Positions 39,484 to 45,381 of a DNA stretch of 48,281 nucleotides are shown here, piece by piece. The DNA comes from Candidatus Zixiibacteriota bacterium (lineage in GTDB: Bacteria > Zixibacteria > MSB-5A5 > JAABVY01 > JAHJOQ01), in assembly GCA_020053015.1 (NCBI GenBank), contig JAGVNY010000140.1, forward strand, positions 1-48,281, given 5' to 3'. Both the position numbers and the translations under genes were made by a program. The notes under the pieces were generated by a model, which was not told the origin of the DNA, searched no databases, and saw only the letters and a list, made by a program, of their open reading frames with translations. How positions within the stretch are numbered: the stretch's first letter is position 1; every line of letters starts with the position of its first letter.

Positions 39484-39647
39484 GTTCTTTGCATGCTCAC
39501 TCCACTCTATGCCCCGAGAATCCGGCATCAAGCTGGCGGATCGGAGAGTTCCTGTGCCAATATGCGATTTTTTGGAATATCTGGCTTCACAAAAACCGAA
39601 TAATCGTTATATTGTATAGCATTCCGACCGCTCGCTAAAAGAAAGGT

Positions 39648-40112
39648 ATGCGTATTTTGCGACTCGCTTTCACCACGGCATGTGTAGTTGCCCTTGCGGC
39701 ATTCAGCCTGACGATGGGCTCCAGCCATGGCAGCCCAAAGTCTGACGATCTCGTGCTCGTGCGCTCAGTCGTCGCATCGGCAGGTCGGACCGGGAGCACG
39801 TCCGGCTTCAGGCTTTCCGGTACTCTCGGCCAGATGGCGACGGGGACAGGGTGGGCTGTCGGTCTGACAATGCACAACGGCTACTGGCAGGACTTCCGGC
39901 AGGTGATCTGCGGTGATCCCTCCAAGGATAAGTTCGTTGACATCGACGACATACTCTATCTGATCAACTACGTCTTTCTGGGAGGGGTAGCCCCAGACCC
40001 GGAATACATCGGCGATGTCAACTGCTTCGATGGGATAGACGTTGATGACATTATCTACCTCATCAACTATATATTCCTCGCCGGCCCGGTACCTTGTGCT
40101 GACTGTCCATAG
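39648..40112 (+). CDS. Small secreted protein with a Gly/Ser-rich beta module and a DIDD dockerin
   Basis: Signal peptide; VVASAG...FRLSGTLGQ...MHNGYWQDF; CGDPSKDKFVDIDDILYLINYVFLGG...GDVNCFDGIDVDDIIYLINYIFLAGPVPC. Confidence 0.8.
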   Translation: MRILRLAFTTACVVALAAFSLTMGSSHGSPKSDDLVLVRSVVASAGRTGSTSGFRLSGTLGQMATGTGWAVGLTMHNGYWQDFRQVICGDPSKDKFVDIDDILYLINYVFLGGVAPDPEYIGDVNCFDGIDVDDIIYLINYIFLAGPVPCADCP

Positions 40113-40220
40113 CGGTTCCGAAGCTTCAACGGCTGGAATCTTCCGAGGATTGAGCGGAAACCACTTACCTGAATTACTTGAGGGGAGCGAGCGTAATCTG
40201 CGACAGGGGAATTAAACAAG

Positions 40221-40293
40221 TGGAGATGAAGGGATTCGAACCCTCGACCTACGGCTTGCAAAGCCGCCGCTCTCCCAACTGAGCTACATCCCC
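40221..40293 (-). tRNA. tRNA-Ala(UGC)
   Basis: GGGGATGTAGCTCAGTTGGGAGAGCGGCGGCTT-TGC-AAGCCGTAGGTCGAGGGTTCGAATCCCTTCATCTCCA; G3-U70 Ala identity pair and TTCGAAT T-loop; CCA not encoded. Confidence 0.97.
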
Positions 40294-40486
40294 ACGATTT
40301 GCGGGCAGTAATTTATCGATGACTTGCTGCATGCACAAGAGCTTTTTGATCTCTGAAGTGCGAAAGTGTGGGATGTTATGCGGACGAGTGCAACGCGTCG
40401 AATCTCACAAATGCAAAAAAAAGGTTGAGATACGGGTTACGAGACCATATATTTATGGTCTTAACTCGTTTAGGGAGACTCAAGGA

Positions 40487-42016
40487 ATGAATCTGACTTT
40501 CCAAAAGAAGGCTATGTCATTCGCGATGCTCGGCATTGGGCTCGCGTTCTTGCTTTTCGCCGGTATGTCGTGTGACAGCACGGGCGACAAGAAGCTCTAT
40601 TCGGTCGAGCGGCTCCATTTCGCGGCTGAGAAACTCCATGACAAACGACTCGGAATCAAACCGGAGCTCGCCACTGAAGCTGATTATCGCGAAGTTATTG
40701 ACGAATACATAAAGGTCGTCACGACATTTGAACTCAACTTCTCTGATGTGAAAGACAAGGATTCGATCACCGTGAACGAAGGCCGTGCAGCCTTTCTCGC
40801 CGGATCAAGCCTTCTGGAGGCGGCAAGATTGAATCTTCTCAGTAGCGACACCATTGCGGCGGTCAAGCTGCTCGGTGAATTCGATTCTCGGTTCCCGCAC
40901 AATCGCGATCACGGCGCGATGGCTTTGCTGCAACTTGGGCGCATCGAAGAGCAACTCGGCCATGCGGAATCGGCAGAGCTGTCGTACATGAGGCTGCTCG
41001 AGAGCTACTACCCCCCGGCCGACAGATCTCTTCGACCCAATACGGATGTTCTTGAATTGCCGGTGAAGATGGCCCGGATGTACGAAGAACTTGAGGATAC
41101 TCGAAAGACTGAGGAGATGCTTGACCGCGCGGAAACGTACTACAAAGGCATCATCGAGAAGTTCAAATTCAGCCCGCTCGGTATGACAACGACGCGATTC
41201 CTTGCGGACACCTATATAATGCGCGATAAGCCAAACGAGGCAATTGGGCTTCTGGAAACGGTCATAGATTCGACCGGCACGATTATAGGCAGCGCGCAAA
41301 TTCTCATCGCTGGCATCTATGCTTCAGACAAGGCTGACACATCCGAGGCGAAGCGCAGATATCAGACTGTCATCCAATCAAGCGAGAACGACACTGCCTT
41401 GCTGGGAAGAGCCTACATGCAGCTCGCTGGAATAGAATTCGCATCCGGCAACTACGACGAATGCAGGAAGTTGATCTCGACCGTAAAGGAGAAGTTCAAG
41501 AAATTTCCTGCAGTGCAGGCAAAAGCCCAGCAGATCTTTGCAGCGTCGTTTGAGCAGGAGGATGATTTCAATCGGGCTTACAGCGAATACCAATGGCTTC
41601 TCACGAATTACCCGGACAGCCGTGAGGCAATCGACACATACCGCCGCTTGCCGGGCTTTCTACGTACTCACGGACAGGCGACTCTCGCGGACGAGTGGTT
41701 TCAAAAAGCCCAGACTTTTTTGACCGCCAAACGTGAGTCATCGAAGGGCAATCAGCTTGGACTTGCATCTCAGGCTGCTCTCGTGAATCTGTATGTGGAT
41801 GCAGAGCGCTGGGACGAAACTGTGTCCGAAATGGAGAGGCTCCAAACAGAGTATCCTCGGTCCGTCGCCGGATCGCAGGCACTCGCTCGCGCAGGAAACG
41901 TGCTGCGGGACAAGCTCGGAGACAGAACCAAGGCAAAGCTATACTACGAAAGGCAGTTGAGTTTGTACCCCGATGTGCCGATCTCAGAAGAAGTGAAAAG
42001 GCATCTCAATCCATAA
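40487..42016 (+). CDS. Tetratricopeptide-repeat lipoprotein
   Basis: Lipobox-like LLFAGMSC after a hydrophobic stretch; repeated helical motifs of the type A..Y..LL..YP; start reset to ATG 40487. Confidence 0.8.
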   Translation: MNLTFQKKAMSFAMLGIGLAFLLFAGMSCDSTGDKKLYSVERLHFAAEKLHDKRLGIKPELATEADYREVIDEYIKVVTTFELNFSDVKDKDSITVNEGRAAFLAGSSLLEAARLNLLSSDTIAAVKLLGEFDSRFPHNRDHGAMALLQLGRIEEQLGHAESAELSYMRLLESYYPPADRSLRPNTDVLELPVKMARMYEELEDTRKTEEMLDRAETYYKGIIEKFKFSPLGMTTTRFLADTYIMRDKPNEAIGLLETVIDSTGTIIGSAQILIAGIYASDKADTSEAKRRYQTVIQSSENDTALLGRAYMQLAGIEFASGNYDECRKLISTVKEKFKKFPAVQAKAQQIFAASFEQEDDFNRAYSEYQWLLTNYPDSREAIDTYRRLPGFLRTHGQATLADEWFQKAQTFLTAKRESSKGNQLGLASQAALVNLYVDAERWDETVSEMERLQTEYPRSVAGSQALARAGNVLRDKLGDRTKAKLYYERQLSLYPDVPISEEVKRHLNP

Positions 42017-42047
42017 GTGTGCAACGGTTAAATACAAGGAGTAATCA

Positions 42048-42614
42048 GTGACACAGATCAGACTCTGCACGGTAATCGCGATTCTCGGAGTGTTGGCTAT
42101 CGCAGCGCCATCCTTCGCTCAGAGCGATGCCTACGGAAAACCAGACGCGTGTCAGGTAGTGCTGAAGGAAACAGCCAAACCGAACCACTGGGCCGTCGAA
42201 ATCAACTTCACAAATGATGAGGCGGTATTTGGACTTATCTTTCCCTTGATAATCTCCTCGAGCAAAGGCGAGCTTTCGTACGACTCGACTTCGTTCGCAG
42301 GTTCCCGCGTCGACTCTTTCGCGGTCAAGATCCCGTATGAAGATACTTCCTGGACGGCCAAGGAGGCCAGTCTGAGGATCAACCTCGGGATGATCGGGTC
42401 GATCTCTCCGTCACCGATCGAACTTCACCCCGGTTCCGGCTTGATCGCTCGCCATTACATCTCCGGAGCCAAGGACGTTACTACTGAGAGCATCTCGGTT
42501 GATACGACTTTCATAGGGCCATCGAACAGGCTCCTGGCCACCATGTATGACCCCGACAAGGGAAGTATTAAGCCAACATTTACGTTTGAGAGGGCTGGGG
42601 GAACCAAGAAGTAG
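42048..42614 (+). CDS. Secreted single cohesin-like domain protein
   Basis: Signal peptide (PSFA/Q); VEINFTNDEAVFGLIFPL...YDSTSFAGSRVDSF...LHPGSGLIAR...VDTTFIGPSN...PTF, which matches the cohesin-like modules of 19871..21322. Confidence 0.65.
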   Translation: MTQIRLCTVIAILGVLAIAAPSFAQSDAYGKPDACQVVLKETAKPNHWAVEINFTNDEAVFGLIFPLIISSSKGELSYDSTSFAGSRVDSFAVKIPYEDTSWTAKEASLRINLGMIGSISPSPIELHPGSGLIARHYISGAKDVTTESISVDTTFIGPSNRLLATMYDPDKGSIKPTFTFERAGGTKK

Positions 42615-42648
42615 CCACGGCCTAACACATCGATCATAAGATTCGCAC

Positions 42649-42680
42649 GAAGAGCCTCTTTCAGAAGAGGCTTTTCTGTT
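42649..42680 (+). terminator. Intrinsic terminator, possibly bidirectional
   Basis: GAAGAGCCTCTT-TCAG-AAGAGGCTTTTC followed by TGTT, between convergent genes. Confidence 0.7.
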
Positions 42681-42731
42681 CTTCGCTTCTGAAGCTTTCT
42701 AATCCACCTGGGACCGTAGGCAAGCCGACTG

Positions 42732-43136
42732 CTACGGCAGTCTCTCCCCGCTCTTCTGGGGCAATAACTCTCCCCTGATGGCAAGCATCCAGAGCAGCAG
42801 ACGTCTGTAAGGCGCATAGGTGCACGCCTGCAGACAGTCTGAGAGGTCTGCGACATTGACGCAGTGGCATTTGCATTGTGCACTCAGGGTGAGCTTATGC
42901 GCTGGGATCTCTTTCTCCAGAATGTACGAGCGGAGTGATTCCACCGGAATCAGCAGACTCGACCCGCAGTCATCCAGATCATGCTGGAAGACATAATAGG
43001 CTACTTCGATCGAATCCTCCGACACTACCATGCCGATAGGTCGCAGCGAGGGATCGTATAGAAAGTCGGTTGCGAGGAGCCATCTGCGGCAATATGCGCA
43101 CTGTTTGATTCCCTGCTGTTCGGAAGAAGTCCCCAC
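42732..43136 (-). CDS. Small Cys/His-rich putative metal-binding protein (134 aa)
   Basis: AGGAGG RBS before GTG 43136; CxxC, FQH...C, CxCHC, C...C, 8 Cys in total. The 308-aa ORF in the track is over-extended at its 5' end. Confidence 0.7.
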   Translation of the reverse strand: MGTSSEQQGIKQCAYCRRWLLATDFLYDPSLRPIGMVVSEDSIEVAYYVFQHDLDDCGSSLLIPVESLRSYILEKEIPAHKLTLSAQCKCHCVNVADLSDCLQACTYAPYRRLLLWMLAIRGELLPQKSGERLP

Positions 43137-43304
43137 GTTGCGTTCCTCCTGCGTCCCTAACACATTGTTTCGGATTCGCGTTAGCCGACCAGCAGTGTTC
43201 TGAAGGTGCGTCAGTAATATGGCTCCGATGTGAAACGAAACGCTGTGGCGGTGGGCATGCCGCGAATTCCGGTCTTTCTTGAGACAACGTACGGCTGCCA
43301 CGGC

Positions 43305-43321
43305 TTTCACAATGTGTGAAA
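43305..43321. promoter_or_regulatory. Palindromic upstream activator site candidate
   Basis: TTTCACA-ATG-TGTGAAA perfect inverted repeat about 100 bp upstream of a sigma54 motif. Confidence 0.5.
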
Positions 43322-43372
43322 TCAGATGCATACATCGATGTTGAAATGACGAAAGCCCGATCGCCGCCGCAG

Positions 43373-43385
43373 TAACTCGTTGATT
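43373..43385 (-). promoter_or_regulatory. IHF binding site
   Basis: Minus strand AATCAACGAGTTA is an exact match to WATCAA-N4-TTR and lies between the UAS candidate and the sigma54 motif. Confidence 0.55.
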
Positions 43386-43420
43386 ACCACTGTGATGCGT
43401 GAATGCTTTTCTCGCCATTC

Positions 43421-43436
43421 GGGCATCGGAATTGCT
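43421..43436 (+). promoter_or_regulatory. sigma54 (-24/-12) promoter
   Basis: GGGCATCGGAATTGCT with GG 43422-43423, N10, GC 43434-43435; about 50 nt before the PEP-CTERM gene. Confidence 0.65.
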
Positions 43437-43484
43437 TGATTGAATTGCATTAGGGTTCTTGTTGTACCATGCTTTGGCTAGGAG

Positions 43485-44255
43485 GTGCAATCTGTGAGAA
43501 AAACATTGGTTCTTGCGTGTCTCGCACTCGTCTTTACTGCGCCGGCGTTTGGATTCAGCTGGACATTCCACGATTTTGGCGGGACGGTGTTTGACGACAA
43601 CAACAACACAAGCCCAATTGATTACCCAAATATAGGATATCTCCCCTCTCCCGGCCACGGCGGTGAGGGCGGCGAGGGATTTGATCTTGAGGGACTGTTC
43701 TTCGCAGAGGACGATGCCTATCTGTACATAGGATTGACAAGTTCATTTGGTCTCGGTGCGATGTCCGAAGATTTCGGCGTGTTTTCGTCGGGTGATGTGT
43801 TCTTCGGATTCGACGGAAATAAGTATGACTACGCAATTAACGTCGAGGAAGGCAGTCTGTATGCCGTTGACGAGTGGTCGTACATCCCTGAGCGCCCCGG
43901 ATCATACGGTGGCCGCCCGATGATCAAGAACATGGTCGGCGCATACCAGATCGTGTCTGGCGACATCATCGGAGAAGCGGGCTTGATGCTGACGTTCGAA
44001 AGAGGTCTCGAAACCAACCCGCTCAGGCCGCCGATGGATGCCAGCGGTGACACATGGGTGTGGGAGTTCAGGATCGCGAAAGAGGATCTTGATGTGTCGC
44101 AGTATAGCTCGATCACTATTCACAACACCCTTGAGTGCGGCAACGATCTTATCGAGGAGACATTCCCGCGCGACCCGATTCCCGAGCCGACAACGCTGAT
44201 GCTTCTCGGCTCAGGCCTTCTCGGCATGGGTGTGTTGAGAAAGAGATTCATGTAG
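43485..44255 (+). CDS. PEP-CTERM sorting-domain surface protein
   Basis: AGGAG RBS region, signal peptide (PAFG), acidic Gly-rich body, C-terminal PIPEPTTLMLLGSGLLGMGVLRKRFM. Confidence 0.93.
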   Translation: MQSVRKTLVLACLALVFTAPAFGFSWTFHDFGGTVFDDNNNTSPIDYPNIGYLPSPGHGGEGGEGFDLEGLFFAEDDAYLYIGLTSSFGLGAMSEDFGVFSSGDVFFGFDGNKYDYAINVEEGSLYAVDEWSYIPERPGSYGGRPMIKNMVGAYQIVSGDIIGEAGLMLTFERGLETNPLRPPMDASGDTWVWEFRIAKEDLDVSQYSSITIHNTLECGNDLIEETFPRDPIPEPTTLMLLGSGLLGMGVLRKRFM

Positions 44256-44261
44256 GAGGTT

Positions 44262-44371
44262 GTAGGTCGAAACCCTCGCGGTTTCGACTTGTAGGTCCGA
44301 ACCACTGCGGATCGGACTCCGTAGGTCAGGAGCCCTGCACTTGTCCTGAGACTGCGAATGGCGCTCCTGAC
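44262..44371 (+). repeat. Three tandem GTAG-REP-like hairpins
   Basis: GTAG-GTCGAAACC/GGTTTCGAC (44262), GTAG-GTCCGAACC/GGATCGGAC (44291), GTAG-GTCAGGAGC.../GCTCCTGAC (44321). Confidence 0.75.
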
Positions 44372-44496
44372 GGACGAGACAAGACAGGAGGTTGTCATAC
44401 CGAAAGGTGTGATGCAAACATAAGTCAAACCTTAACGGAGAACAAAGCGCAGAGGACAAAACTGACGTAACCAACAAGACATTTCGAAGGGTAACA

Positions 44497-44531
44497 CAAA
44501 GCCCGCCTGACGAAGGCGGGCTTTGCTTTTG
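44497..44531. terminator. Bidirectional intrinsic terminator
   Basis: CAAAGCCCGCCT-GACGA-AGGCGGGCTTTG-CTTTTG between convergent genes. Confidence 0.75.
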
Positions 44532-44565
44532 CGGTTGTCGCTGCTCAGCGTCAAGTCACATCTTC

Positions 44566-44593
44566 GTAGCGGCACGGCACCGCCGTGCCCGTA
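44566..44593 (+). repeat. GTAG-REP-like hairpin
   Basis: GTAG-C-GGCACGGC-ACC-GCCGTGCC-CGTA. Confidence 0.65.
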
Positions 44594-44597
44594 ACGA

Positions 44598-44681
44598 CCC
44601 TCACCCCCGTCCCCTCTCCCGCGGTGGGAGAGGGGTCGAAGACACTGAGTCCCGAAGAGTGGTCGAAGACCGGGGTGAGGG
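44598..44681. repeat. BoxC-like purine/pyrimidine-asymmetric palindrome
   Basis: Outer CCCTCACCCC...GGGGTGAGGG, inner CCCCTCTCCC-GCGGT-GGGAGAGGGG, and an internal direct repeat GGTCGAAGAC. Confidence 0.65.
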
Positions 44682-44724
44682 TTCATTGGGTGCCCCGCGT
44701 TTTAGGCGGGTTCTCTGTCTTGTC

Positions 44725-44774
44725 GTAGGGCGGTACCCGAAGTCCCCGCGAGGGGACAGAGTGGTCCCGCCTAC
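44725..44774. repeat. GTAG...CTAC bounded nested REP-like palindrome
   Basis: GTAG-GGCGGTACC...GTCCCC-GCGA-GGGGAC...GGTCCCGC-CTAC. Confidence 0.65.
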
Positions 44775-44786
44775 GTGATCCCACGT

Positions 44787-45356
44787 TCAGCATGGATTCG
44801 GCATAGGCGGCCAGCCTCCGTTGAACACGTAATTGATCAGGTAGACGATATCATCAATATCTACCGCCGGATCGCCCCCGCTGCCATCGGCGTCGCCGCA
44901 GCAGATTGCCGGAATCGGCGCCGGACCGCCTGCGAAGACATATTCGATCAGGTACACAATATCGTCGATATCAACCGCCGGGTCTCCCCCGCTGCCGTTG
45001 GCATCGCCCGGTATGCAATACACTCCGAAGTCCTGCCAAAATCCGTGATTCGCCCGATAGCTCGTCGATACTCCCACACCAACCGCTGTCTGCGAGACCG
45101 TGCCATTGAGCACATAGCTTGTCGATGTGCATTCCGACCCGCCGGAAGAGATGACTTGCCAGTGGATTTGGTCGCCCGACAACGGCTCGCTGATTCTGAC
45201 TCGAGCTTGCGGCGGATCCTGCGCCTCCAAGCCAATCGTTGACGATTGATCGTCCACTGCCGCGGGTTTCATCTCAGAACTCTCGCTCAGTGCGGTTGCG
45301 CAGATGACAAGAGTTAGGGCAGCGACAATACACCGAAGCATGTGTGCTGTTTTCAT
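44787..45356 (-). CDS. Small secreted adaptor-like protein with a Gly/Ser-rich beta module and a DIDD dockerin
   Basis: AAGGAG RBS and signal peptide; WQVISSGG...YVLNGTVSQTAVG...YRANHGFWQDF; two nearly identical GDA(N/D)GSGGDPAVDIDDIVYLI repeats; paralog of 39648..40112. Confidence 0.82.
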   Translation of the reverse strand: MKTAHMLRCIVAALTLVICATALSESSEMKPAAVDDQSSTIGLEAQDPPQARVRISEPLSGDQIHWQVISSGGSECTSTSYVLNGTVSQTAVGVGVSTSYRANHGFWQDFGVYCIPGDANGSGGDPAVDIDDIVYLIEYVFAGGPAPIPAICCGDADGSGGDPAVDIDDIVYLINYVFNGGWPPMPNPC

Positions 45357-45381
45357 TGGATGTATCTCCTTTCCGACTTGC

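Noticed and set aside
40221-40293. tRNA-Ala as the attachment site of a genomic island
   Set aside because: No integrase, and I found no duplicated tRNA 3' end in the window.
42732-43658. 308-aa ORF as annotated in the track
   Set aside because: The 5' part overlaps the PEP-CTERM gene and its promoter; only the 134-aa Cys-rich part after the AGGAGG RBS is credible.
44262-44371. Possible mini-CRISPR array (about 30-nt periodicity)
   Set aside because: Only GTAGGTC is shared, the units are themselves hairpins with no repeat-spacer alternation, and there are no cas genes in the window.
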